NCBI RefSeq assembly: GCF_032191835.1 | Contig: NC_083237.1 | Span: 24,986,001-25,050,000, forward strand | Origin: Heteronotia binoei | Lineage: Eukaryota | DNA: 64,000 bases | Direction of reading: 5' to 3' | Part shown: piece by piece, positions 1 through 11,200 of the stretch | Numbering within the stretch: the first letter of the stretch is position 1 | Layout of the letters: each line of letters starts with the position of its first letter | The notes under the pieces: generated by a model | What the model saw: the letters and a program-made list of their open reading frames with translations, nothing else | Told to the model about the DNA's origin: nothing | Databases searched by the model: none | Program-made: the position numbers and the translations under genes

Positions 1-318
1 CAACGTTCCAGAGCCAAGCAGAACAGAATATTTTTATCCGACCGTCCAGTTGTTTTGAAGGGGAACTGAACATGATGTGTCCTCTTTATGTCAAGACTGG
101 ACAACAGAATAAGTTTCCTTCCCTTCAGAGCTAGAAAAAAGTCCCTAATGACTCAAAGGAAGCAGCTGCTAGACAGTATACGAATGTGCGTGTATGACAG
201 AAAGAGTGATTGTGTCTCTTTTGGGATTGGGAGGTTGGGGGGAGATGGGAATGTGATTCTTTGGAAAGATCATGGATCCTAAGGAGTTAATTGCTGAGAA
301 GTTAAAAGGTTAATTCTG

Positions 319-620
319 AAAGGAAAAAGGAAAGGTCCCCTGTGCAAGCACCAGTCATTTTCAACTCTGGGGTGATGTTGCTTTCACAATGTTTTCACGG
401 CAGACTTTTTATGGGGTGGTTTGCCATTGCCTTCCCCAGTCTTTTACACTCCCCCCCCCCCCCCCCAGCAAGCTGGGTACTCATTTTACCGACCTCAGAA
501 GAATGGAAGGCTGAGTCAACCTTGGGCCAGCTACCTGAATCCAACTTCCACCACAATCGAACTCAGGTCGTGAGCAGAGAGTTCAGACCATAGTACTGCA
601 GTACTGCTGCTTTACCACAG
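319..620 (-). mobile_element. Sauria-type SINE
   Basis: Reverse complement of the copies at 30878 and 43535. It shares the GGGGAAGGCAATGGCAAACCAC core and an ACCTTT/CCTTT-type tail. Confidence 0.8.
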
Positions 621-847
621 GGACTAAAACATGGGGTCTAAAAAGCCCTTCCTGAAAAAGAGACAGCCCTGTTCTTCCAATCCTTTCTGAAATGTGAAGG
701 GATTACTAAATGGGGAGAAAAATGCAGTTTGCACAAGCTCTGGGGGGTAGGGCTGCCTACCTCCAGGTGGACCCTGGAGATCTCCTTGGATTACAGCTGA
801 TCTCCAGGCTACTGAAATCGGGACAGGGTAAAAGCTGGAATCGCCCG

Positions 848-2010
848 GAATGGGCATAAAACAATGTAGACTGTCACAAAAAACACTGGGATACATCACA
901 GACACTCGAGAACAATATTCTAGAACAGAAAAAGTGGAACTCACACGTCCTTATTACTCCATTCCAGACCAAAATGCCACCAGGACACCCCAGGACAGGC
1001 CAGAATGGGCATCAAACAACCTGGGCTGCCACAAAAAACATGGGCATGCATCACAGACACTCAAGAACAATATTCTAGAACAGAAAAAGTGGAACCCACA
1101 TGTCCTTATTACTCCATTCCAGACCAAAATGCCACCAGGACACCCCAGAACAGGCTGGAATGGGCATCAAACAACCTGGGCTGCCACAAAAAACATGGGC
1201 ATGCATCACAGACACTCAAGAACAATATGGGCCAAAATGCCTCCAGAATACCCCAGAACAGGCTGGAATGGGCATCAAACAACCTGGGCTGTCACAAAAA
1301 ACACTGGCATGCATCACAGACACTCGAGAACAATATTCTAGAACAGAAAAAGAGGAACTCACACATCATTATTACCCTGTTCCGGGCCAAAATGCCTCCA
1401 GAACACCCCAGAACGGGCATCAAACAACCTAGGCTGCCACAAAAAAACACTGAGATGTATCACAGACACTAAAGAACAGTATTCCAGAACAGAAAAAGCA
1501 GAACTCACAGGTCCTTATTACCCCATTCCGGGTCAAAATGCCTCCAGAACACCCCGGAACAGGATTAAACAACCTGGGCTGCCACAAAAAACACGGCCAT
1601 GCATCACAGACACTCGAGAACAATATTCTAGAACAGAAAATGCAGAACTCACTCATCCTTATTACCTTGTTCCGGGCCAAAAGGCCTCCAGAACTCCACG
1701 GAACATGCTTTAAACAATTAACGGAATAACATTTTGGAAATACAAATGCAAAAATGTCATTCTGTTATTTTCCTGTTCCAGCCAAAATGACTCCAAACTG
1801 GCTGGAATGAACATTTAACAAAAAAAGCTTAGCACCAACAAACATGGGATTCATTGAAGGCGCTTCAGAACGTTTTAGAAATCCAAATGCAGAAATACTG
1901 TGTACTTATTAACCTGTTGCAAGTTAAAATGCTTCTATAAATATTGTGTATTCATTTCCTCTTTCCAGGCCAAAATCTCTCTGGAACAGGCCAGAAAAAT
2001 TATTAAACAA
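848..2010 (+). repeat. Left-arm tandem array of ~155-bp units, decaying inward
   Basis: Unit anchors AATGGGCATCAAACAAC-like at ~850, 1005, 1160, 1268, 1413, 1559 and 1703, with degenerate copies near 1806 and 1995. Confidence 0.9.
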
Positions 2011-2689
2011 CAGTTCCTGCAAGTTCCTTAGGTAGAGCTAGGAGCATGGAGAGATAGGAGTATAGGTTTTTACAGATATGAGGGATGTCTTGGTTTGTGG
2101 AAAAAGCTGAAAAGTAGATTTAAAAATGCAAATCATGTGCCACAGCATAGCCAACATATAGATTCCAGCAAGGGGATTTCAAACAACTGAGAAGCAGAGA
2201 TGGTTTGCCATTGCTATACTATGCCACTTTCTGTCCCATCCAAACTAGCCATCAATGTTTAGGAGGCTGAAGTTGGTTCCTTATTCGCAGATCCTTATTC
2301 ATTCCTTATTCGTGAATTCAACCAAAAACACTGAAGAGAGTTTGAAAGCTCTGAACCACAAAATAAGCTCTGGACCCCCATATATCAAACACTCCCTTGT
2401 TCAGGAGATTCTGCCCTTTTAGAAGACAAGTCCTGCCTCATGGTCCAATCAGCGGTTCTCGTGCCAGCTGCTCCAAAACAAGGTGCCCCCAGGACACTCA
2501 AACAGACAGACACTGGGGACAGGCTGTACCCCAAAACAATGTTTGGACCACCCCAAGTGACACATCCCCACACTCAGGACACTGTCCCCTGCAAGAAGAC
2601 ATGCAGTGCTGCCCAGTCCAAACAATGGTTCCGGTCCCACATGAGCATTTGGCCTGGAACACAATATTTTTGTGTCTGGATTTCCAGAA

Positions 2690-3530
2690 TAGTATTCTAT
2701 CGTGCAGTTAACACATCTCAGTTTGTCAGAGTACTATTATTTTTCTAATGCCTGTTCAACCCTGTTCTGGAGGCATTTTGGCCCAAAATGTGCTAATAAA
2801 GACCTGTGAGTTCTGTTTTTTTCTGTTGTAGAATATTGTTCTGGAGTGTCTGCGATGCATCCCAGTGTTTTTTGTGGCAGCCTAGGTTGTTTGATGCCCG
2901 TTCCGACTGTTCTGGGGTGTTCCAGAGGCATTTTGGCCCAGAACAGGCTAATAGAGACGTGTGAGTTCCACTTTTTCTTTTCTACAATGCTGTGCTCGAG
3001 TGACTGTGAGTCATCCCGGTGTCTTTTGTGGCAGCCTAGGTTGTTTGATGCCTGTTCCTGCCTGTTCCATGGAGTTCTGGAGGCCTTTTGGCCCGGAACG
3101 GGGTAATAAGGACGTGTGAGTTCCGCTTTTTCTGTTCTAGAATATTGTTCTCGAGTGTCTGTGATGCATGCCAGTGTTTTTTGTGACAGTCTACGTTGTT
3201 TTATGCCCGTTCCGGCATGTTCTGGGTGTTCCAGAGGCATTTTGGCCTGGAATGGGGTAATAAAGACGTGAGTTCCACTTTTTCTGTTCTAGAATATTGT
3301 TCTTAAGTGTCTGTGATGCATCCCAGTGTTTTTCGTGGCAGCCCAGGTTGTTTTATGCCCGTTCCGGTGTGTTCTGGGTGTTCCAGAGGCATTTTGGCCT
3401 AGAATGGGGTAATAAGGACATGTGAGTTCCGCTTGATCTGTTCTAGAATATTGTTCTCGAGTGCCTGTGATCCATCCCAGTGTTTTTTGTGACAGTCTAC
3501 TTTGTTTTATGCCCATTCTGGGCTGCTCCA
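2690..3530 (-). repeat. Right-arm tandem array of about six ~154-bp units, inverted relative to the left arm
   Basis: Reverse-complement unit anchors at ~3515, 3361, 3209, 3054, 2900 and 2753. Confidence 0.9.
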
Positions 3531-4199
3531 GCCCGATCCGGCTTTTACCCTGTCCCACTGAAATTGGTTCCCGTGGCGAAAATGGCTGCCATCAAGAGCA
3601 GCAAACTATGGCATCCCTCTGAGATTCCTCCCCTCACCCTGCCCTTCCCAAACTCCACCCCGACATATACTAGAGATTCCAAACCAGGAGTTGGCAACTG
3701 TACCTGGGGGTTACTCCTTTCCCGTTCCTATTTCCAGGTGAGTCAAACAGGCATCAATCAAGCGTCTATTATTTCTAGTCTGGGTCAGTTTCATTTTGAG
3801 ATCACAGAGGGTAAAGGGCCGACGTACTACATCATGTCTAAAAGAAGCCCGAACAATTACCCTTTCTCCCTCAGGCCCAACGGGGGAATAGAATGGAAGA
3901 ATATCGTAATTTTTTCTCGCTAATCGTTCCCCATACGAGAGTCGTCCCATCCCTACAAAGCTTGGGGAACAAGAGATAAAAGCCATACATCCTTGTCCCA
4001 GTATTGCTCCCTTTACGTTACGATTTGAGAAAGCAAAGGCGCTTATTGTGGATGCATGGAAGCAGCCTGAGAGGCGGAAAGTGAAAAAAAGAGCAGACTC
4101 CAGCCTTCTTTATTTATGACAACCTGCAAATGTTAATTAGATAGCAAACATCTGGATCTGCTGGAGAGATTAGGCCATAAACCCCGCTCTTTCCCTTCC

Positions 4200-4400
4200 C
4201 CCGGAGAAAATGATTTCAGCTTGCAAATATTTAAAAAGGCGCTACAAGACAAAGACGAAGGGAGGTAGACACCCAGCGGTACTTTGAAGGCATTTATTCT
4301 GCATGAGGGTTCGTGAGGCAGGGAGCCGCTATAAAACTACAATTCCCAGAATTCTGTGTGCTTGCCGGACCAGTGGAAAATGGCCGCTTTTAGCAGTAAG
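4200..4400 (+). promoter_or_regulatory. NDUFA3 promoter with ZNF143/THAP11-type and YY1-type motifs
   Basis: ACTACAATTCCCAGAAT at 4336-4352. AAAATGGCCGC at 4377-4387 overlaps the start codon. CpG density is locally raised. Confidence 0.6.
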
Positions 4401-7185
4401 TATGGTAATAGTTGCGGTGCGTTTGCTTGGGGAGAAAATGGTCATTTGTGCTTACGTTAGGGCACTTAGGGGGATTCCCCCCCACCCTTGCAAAAGGCAG
4501 CATGGACTACGAATGGATTACAGATGTAGTAGTAAGTTGTTTCTAGCGGGTGGAATGAAATGCCAAGAGCGGAACATCGACAAATGACCTTTGGTCAGTG
4601 GAGAAGGGATGCTGGACTTGTGAGAGTGGAGAACATATATGATTGTTGAGTTTTGATGAACATCCAGTCCTCCGGATGCTTTTCCCCGAGAACATCAGCT
4701 TTGTTTCCATGAGATCCTTGACTCTGTTGTGGTTTAGAAAACCTTTCCAACGTCATGCTCCTATTTTGCTCATTAACTCTGTGAGATTGCTGCTTCTGAT
4801 ACTATTATGTCCATTTTACAGATATGAAAAGGGGGGTGGTTATGGGCAAACATTGATTTTGCTTGAGGCGATCCAAAGTCAAAATGTTTTGAGCATCTAG
4901 GGCCCCTGGTTCCCAGCACCCCGTCACGGCACATTAACCATAAAATGTGATGATCCCCTACCCCGCCATCTAGTCAAGCCTCAACAGATTAGCCCAGGAG
5001 TGCCCAAACTTGCTTAACATAAGAGCCATATGAAATACACATCAGATGTTTGAGAGCCACAAGACATTAATGTCGTAGGTAGGTAGGAAAATAGATGGGG
5101 AGGGAGAGGTGGAAAGAAAGCAATTTTAAATGCATTCTCCAAGCTGCTGCCTGGCTTGGAGAAGTGATTTAAAGAGACAAATGACTTCTCCAAGCTGCCT
5201 GATGGGTGGTGGGGGCTTTAAGAGCCATACAATATATGTGGAAGAGCCACATGTGGCTCCCGAGCCAGTTTGGCCACCCCTGCATTAGCCTCATAAAGCA
5301 ACATTATAGTGCTTCACTGGAAGAGTGACGCTGCTTTCCTACTAGGTTGTTCCAGATGACTCTGTGTAGATGAGGCAAGTAACTAAGGGAAGATCAGAGT
5401 AAAACCTGTCTTTTAAACATCGTCTTTCCTGGGTTTCTGTAGCTCTCCATTTGCTGCTGCTGTTATGCATTGGACTCTGGTAGTCCTTTGAAATAGAACC
5501 AGCTATTTAAAACCATTCTGTTAATTATGCATGTTTCTGGTTACTTCCACAGAAATTGGTGCATTCCTGAAGAATGCCTGGGCCAAGGAACCTGTTATTG
5601 TGGTCTCTTTTGCCATTGGCATTGTAGGTAAGTGGGGCTTACCCATTTATCTCAGAAACCCTTACTGAAAACTCCCCTCCTTACAGCACATTCTCAGTGG
5701 TTATTAGACATGACTTCTAGATAAAACATCCAAGTTCAGAGACATTGAACCTCAGAATGCTAGTTGTGGGAGACAACAGTGAGGGGAAAGCTATTGGGCT
5801 GATCCAGATGCATCTTTGGTCTGATGCAACAGGGCTGTTTTTGTTTTGCTTAGCATGGGATATGTTCTTCATGCCTTGTTGACCCACATCTTTATTCTTC
5901 CTTTCCCTATTTCAGCTTTGACAATGCCCTTTGTCAGCCCCTACACGAAGTACAGCGCCATGATCAATAAGGCTATGCCGTACGTATATCCAGGTATAAT
6001 CACCAATCTGTAATACCTGCTCTTTTCTGGTGCAATTTCTGTTTTTATAGGGAGAAAAGAAGCTATGTGAGTGTTTGACCTTGGTCTCTGTTGTGGGAAA
6101 GCTGAAAATGTAGGTGGAATATAAATATTTCAAGCAGTTTGGATATTTTTTTTTTTTTGCCATCAATGAGGTAAAAAGCTGTGAAGATAGATTCCCATGT
6201 GAGTTCCAGCTGCTTGAAAATAGGTGCACTCATGTAATTTTCTTTGAGTGGTTGGAGACAGTTACATGAATGGCAGATCTGCATAGTATGCCTCAGAAAT
6301 ACAGTTCATTTTCCCCTGAAAGAACCCAGAGTTGCCGGAGTCTTATTAAAACTGATTCCAGAGAACCTTAAAGAAAACAAGATGAAATCCGACAGACAAA
6401 AACAAAACACCGATCTGTTATCTTAAAATATCCCCCTAGAACTTCGCCAGTTTGTGAGTGTTTCTAGAAAACTACTGGGGGGGTGGAGATCTTAATTTCT
6501 GGAAAGCCTGTCCATAGTTTGGGAGCCACCACCATGAAGCCAGGGCAGTGGTCAATTTCCCCTGCTCATGAAGGACTTGCTTTGCTGACTGGGGTTACCA
6601 GGTACTTCCCAGCATAATAAACTCTTTTTTGTAAAAGCAGAGCCAGTTTGGTGTAGTGGTTAAGTGTGCGGACTCTTATCTGGGAGAACCGGGTTTGATT
6701 CCTCACTCCTCCACACACCTGCTGGAATGGCCTTGGGTCAGCCATAACTCTGGCAGAGGTTGTCCTTGAAAGGGTATCTGCTGTGAGAATCCTCTCAGCC
6801 CCACCCACCTCACAGGGTGTTGTGGGGGAGGAAGATAAAGGAAATTGTGAGCTACTCTGAGTGGAGGGCGGAATATAAATCCAGTGTCGTTGTCCAGTGT
6901 CATAAATGAGTGACGGCTAGGCACATTGAACAGCAGCTGGGAGACACAGTGTAGGAAGCTGCTCACAGATGCCCCTTTGGGCCTGTGGTTAAATCTGTGT
7001 GTGCGCTCCCTTCCTGGAAATAGTTTGCCTCATCGAAACTGAATATGTACCATTGTGCTTGATTCTCATTTCGCCTCCCTCCTTTCTCCACAGTGCCAAT
7101 TCGGGATAATGGAAACATGCCTGATATTCCCTGCCATCCTTGTGACAAGGAAGGCCCAAGCCTCGAATGGCTGAAGAAGTTCTGA
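4380..7185 (+). CDS. NDUFA3: NADH:ubiquinone oxidoreductase subunit A3 (complex I B9), 86 aa, 4 coding exons
   Basis: Exons 4380-4395, 5553-5627, 5916-5993, 7094-7185, all GT-AG, total 261 nt. Translation [86 protein letters not shown] matches the NDUFA3 family. Confidence 0.97.
4995..5282. mobile_element. hAT (Charlie/Buster-like) MITE
   Basis: TIRs CAGGAGTGCCCAAACT and AGTTTGGCCACCCCTG. The 8-bp TSD is GATTAGCC (4987-4994) / CATTAGCC (5283-5290). Relatives lie at 41416 and 60753. Confidence 0.8.
6638..6895 (+). mobile_element. tRNA-derived SINE, family A (AGAGCCAGTTTGGTGTAGTGG head)
   Basis: A-box-like TGGTGTAGTGG and B-box-like GGTTTGATTCC. At least seven similar copies occur in the window. 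Confidence 0.85.
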
Positions 7186-7282
7186 GACCTCACAAAAGGC
7201 ATACTGAAGGGTCCACCAAACTCAACTGGCACCACATTACTACCTGCTGTTTTCTTCTAGATGTGCATCACTTCCAGAGTGT

Positions 7283-7288
7283 AATAAA
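7283..7288 (+). terminator. Probable NDUFA3 polyadenylation signal
   Basis: AATAAA 98 nt after the stop codon. Confidence 0.65.
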
Positions 7289-8295
7289 ACTGCTGTTAAC
7301 TTGAAAGACAGTTTTGTGGAGTTTTTTAGGGAGCTTCTCCTTGATGGGAGAAACAGACTTTCTGAACTCCCCAGAGCGTGACTGGGTCAATGCGGTTCAG
7401 GTTTCATAGCTTCCTCCCTCAAGGTGTGCTTGGGAATTATACTTTTGCTGAGAAGGAGTTAAGAAGCCTCCTGTAATCCTCACAAAACAGCTGTAGTTGA
7501 ACTTCTCTGGGCAAATCACTAGCACCTCCACGGCTCTTTCAAAGTCGTTTAGTAGGGAAAATATTTTCTGTTGATACCTGATGCTCACACAGCATTCCTC
7601 ATTCAGGGCTACATTTTCCAAAGCTTTTTCATTTAAAGATTAAAATTTAAAAAGCCAAGTTTGTAGTGCTTACAGCTACAACAGTTAACTGGAACATGCA
7701 TAGCACTGCCAAGGTAGGATTTTTGAGTACCTTGTACAGCTCAAATGATTCTAGTCACTTTTAAAACAGTATGCAGGAGCCATGGGTGGGTTGCCTCAGT
7801 AGACCTCAGTTGTCTCTCATCTTCCAGTCACAGAAGACTCACAGTGTGAGGAGACTTAGCACTTCTGTGGGTGGGCTCGACTATCTCCCCACTTCACTCT
7901 GCCAACATGGAAGACTTAGGAATGTTAACTACTAAATATACATCCCTTCCTCTTGTCTGATATTAAGCTGTACATCAGAAACAGAATCCATTCACATTTT
8001 AATATATACTGGCTTGAATAATTCTATTACACATTGACTGTCGAGTTTTATCATTTCACAAAATGTAGTGCAGTTGACTGTTAGTCTAGAGTTTCCCTAA
8101 GCAACACTGGCTCAGTTCTGATCAGGTAAAAGTTGCATGGTCCATTTTTCTGTCCCTTAAAAATGAAGAGATGCACACTTACAGGATCTTCATGGGAGAA
8201 CAGAGTACTCTTAATCTAGGAAAAGGTGATTGAAGTGCAGGTATATAAAAATCTCCCCTTGAGGTTTGGCAAGGGAGCCATTGAGAGATCCAGCT

Positions 8296-11200
8296 TCAGT
8301 CAAAATCAGAACAAGCTCCAGGACTAGAGAACTTGGGATAATGAAGTAACTTGTCCTGAGGACTAGACTGCTGCCACGTAGGTGCTAAGACATCCTCTTG
8401 CTCACAGTGGAAATCCTCTTCAGTCTTTATCTGTGGTTACAACAAAACCAAACAGTTATTTGAAACATTCTCAGCCCAAAGATAGAACTGGCAACACTTG
8501 TGTGGGTACCATATTGGGGAAAAGCCACAGGTGTTATGATACAGCCATGTGGCTCCCAAGCCACTGAGTATCACAGGGCTAGAGATTTGCTTTAAAGCCA
8601 GAATCAGCCACTGTGCTGCTGATGTCTATGCTATACAAAAGAAGAAGAGAAGAAGACGACATTGGATTTATATCCCGCCCTCCACTCCAAAGAGTCTCAG
8701 AGCGGCTCACAATCTCCTTTGCCTTCCTCCCCCACAACAAACACCCTGTGAGGTGGGTGGGGCTGGAGAGGGCTCTCCCAGCAGCTGCCCTTTCAAGGAC
8801 AACCTCTGCCAGAGCTATGGCTGACCCAAGGCCATGCTAGCAGGTGCAAGTGGAGGAGTGGGGAATCAAACCCAGTTCTCCCAGATAAGAGTCCGCACAC
8901 TTAACCACTACACCAAACTGGCTCTCCAGAGTCTGTGACTGGCTGCCATGACATTAGGATACATTCCTGAAACATCACCTGGGAAGCCAGGGCAATATGG
9001 CCATCTGTCAAGATTAGCTGTGAAAGCTCCAATACCTGAGTTGGGAATTCTTCCATGGGAAGTAAGGCTGGTGCTGCTCGCCGCAACCTTGCTTCCTTTT
9101 CCTCTCGCACATGGCGCCGGCGCTTCTTACTGGTTGGCCCCTCAGTAGGTGAGGGACTCTCAGTTTCTTGGGTAGTTAAAGGCCCTGGAAGGCGCTTAGG
9201 GGTCTCTTTCTCAGGAGGTTCATTTTCTGTGTTGCCTGGTGTGGAGGCATCCATGCTGTGGTTTCCTTCATCCTAAAAAGAGAACAACTGAGCTAGAATT
9301 CTCAATTCTCACTCTTCTTTTCGTCTATAATAAGCTGCAGTGAAGGGAATTTGCTTGATTTCTTAAAATACAGGGTACAACTATAGGGGGAGCAGTCAAG
9401 TTAATCAGGGAAGTTTCCCATAGAGAGATGTAAGTTCAGAGCAACAGGCCACAAACCACTTTGAGCAGCTGGTGTTGAAAATTAGGGGTAGGAAGCAGTT
9501 ATGGAGGACTACAAGGGATACAGGTAGGAAGGTGGAGCCTGTAGGAAGAAGGGTGGTCAATCTGGGGAGGCCACAAGAAGATCCCTTGGCCAATATGGGA
9601 TACTGAGTTTTCAAAGTGGTCAGTGGTCCAAGAACTGGCAGTGTATTTCTTCTGTACCCTCTGCCATTTAAAATTTGGTCTTTTGCATCTTAAAGCAAAT
9701 ATTTCTTACCTCCAGAACTATATCAAGGTGGCCCTGCCTATAGTCATCACCATAGGAGTCCAGCACTCTCATGAGAGACCTGAATTGAAGAAAAAGCCTG
9801 TAAGGAAATCATCCTCAGGAAATGACATCAACACCCACTTTCTTCTAGTGAGAGGCTACGAACAGCAAGTCCTGACCTATTTGCTCACCTCCTTTCCTGT
9901 TTGAGCCTCAGTGTTATTCTCTGGACCTGATGCAGCCGATTTAACATCCTCTCATTCACCTGTAATCATCAGTAGAGTTCACAGGGAAACATAAGAATTG
10001 TATTTATTTTTTAAAATTATGAGACCATTTTACTCCCAGATAACCTGGAGCCAAGAAGAAGAACAATAAAATCAACACAAAATAACACAATTCTATGAGG
10101 AACAGAATTAGAACTACAGGAAGGAGGAGATTGGATTTATACCCCGCCTTTCACTTGGAGTCTCAGAGTGGCTTACAATCTTCTTTCCCCTCCTCTCCTG
10201 ACAACAGAAACCCTGTTAGGCAGGTGGGGCTGAGAGAGCTCTTTGAGAGTGCAGCTCTGAGAGAACTGTGACTGATCGAAGGTCACTCAGCAAGTACATG
10301 TGGAGGAGTGGGGAATCAAACCCATATTAGAGTCCGCGCTCTCAACCACGATACCAAACTGGTAGCAAATCATAAGATCCAACAAGTAATTGCAATTATT
10401 CAGGACAACCATGAAGCAATTAGCTCAAGAAACCATGGGCTCTTCTAAAGCACTCTGGTTTTACAAGCCCTCCAAATCTGCAAGAGGTGTACATCTTTCA
10501 GAAGTATATTCCACAGCATGGGAGTTTGTTCCAGCCTTCCTTCCACCAAATTCTAATTAAAAAAACATTGGCACAAAACAGTTTAAAAATAAATTCAACC
10601 AAAAAAAATCCTAGCATTATACAAATTAAGCACAGTAAATAAAATATTCACAAATATGAACAAATGAAGCAAACCATCTAGCCCAGTACTGTTGTCTATC
10701 CTGATGGGCAGCAGCTTTCTAAGATTTCAGGAAGGAAAGATCTTTCTCCCCGGAACATCTACCAGAGACTCCAAGGACTAAGCCTGGGAACTTCTGCATG
10801 TAAAACATCTGCTCCACTACTGATCCACAGCCACATCCCCCAAAGCATCGTACAGATATCTTTTCTTTTTATTCGCTGAATTCATAGTAATTGATTTCCA
10901 TGTGCTTTTAGTAACTACACTTAAATTATTTATGTTATTTACAGTCTGCCATTAGAGCCAAAAATGAAGCACAACTTACAGATGCATATTAATTACACCA
11001 AGTGGTATGTGACACTTGTTTCTCAATGCCAATTCTACATGTACACTGTAAACATCTACTGTGATTTAAAAAAAAAAAAATATCCCAGCTGGGTAGTTTT
11101 TATTTTCTGTCAAATCATAGCAAACTATGAAAGCACTATAGAGTCACCATAAGGCAAGAGAGTTCAGATCTGCCTTTATGTAGCACCCCAGGACTTCCTT

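Larger units (their letters stand above)
820..3556. mobile_element. Foldback-type non-autonomous DNA transposon with long inverted arms made of tandem repeats (MULE/FB- or Merlin-like)
   Basis: The terminal 16 bp GGGACAGGGTAAAAGC are a perfect inverted repeat (820-835 and 3541-3556). Flanking direct repeats are ACTGAAATC (811-819) and ACTGAAATT (3557-3565). The arms are ~155-bp unit arrays in opposite orientation. No transposase ORF is present. Confidence 0.8.
748..3702. mobile_element. hAT-like MITE (TAGGGTTGCCA-type termini) split by a nested insertion; host parts are 748-819 and 3557-3702
   Basis: Termini are TAGGGCTGCC (748) and TGGCAACTGTA (to 3702). Joined across the insertion, the halves align colinearly with uninterrupted relatives at 44348-44551 and 45380-45590. 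Flanks CTGGGGGG and CCTGGGGG resemble a degenerate 8-bp TSD. Confidence 0.75.

Noticed and set aside
1-318. OSCAR/TARM1-like exon expected from human synteny
   Set aside because: No Ig-domain translation or convincing exon is visible.
850-1729. Overlapping repetitive ORFs of up to 163 aa (and their mirror at 2737-3558)
   Set aside because: They arise from the 155-bp unit, which is not a multiple of 3, so each peptide block recurs in all frames. They have no splice signals or recognisable domain.
848-3530. Regularly spaced repeats resembling a CRISPR array
   Set aside because: Units are fully repeated with no unique spacers, there are no cas genes, and the context is vertebrate.
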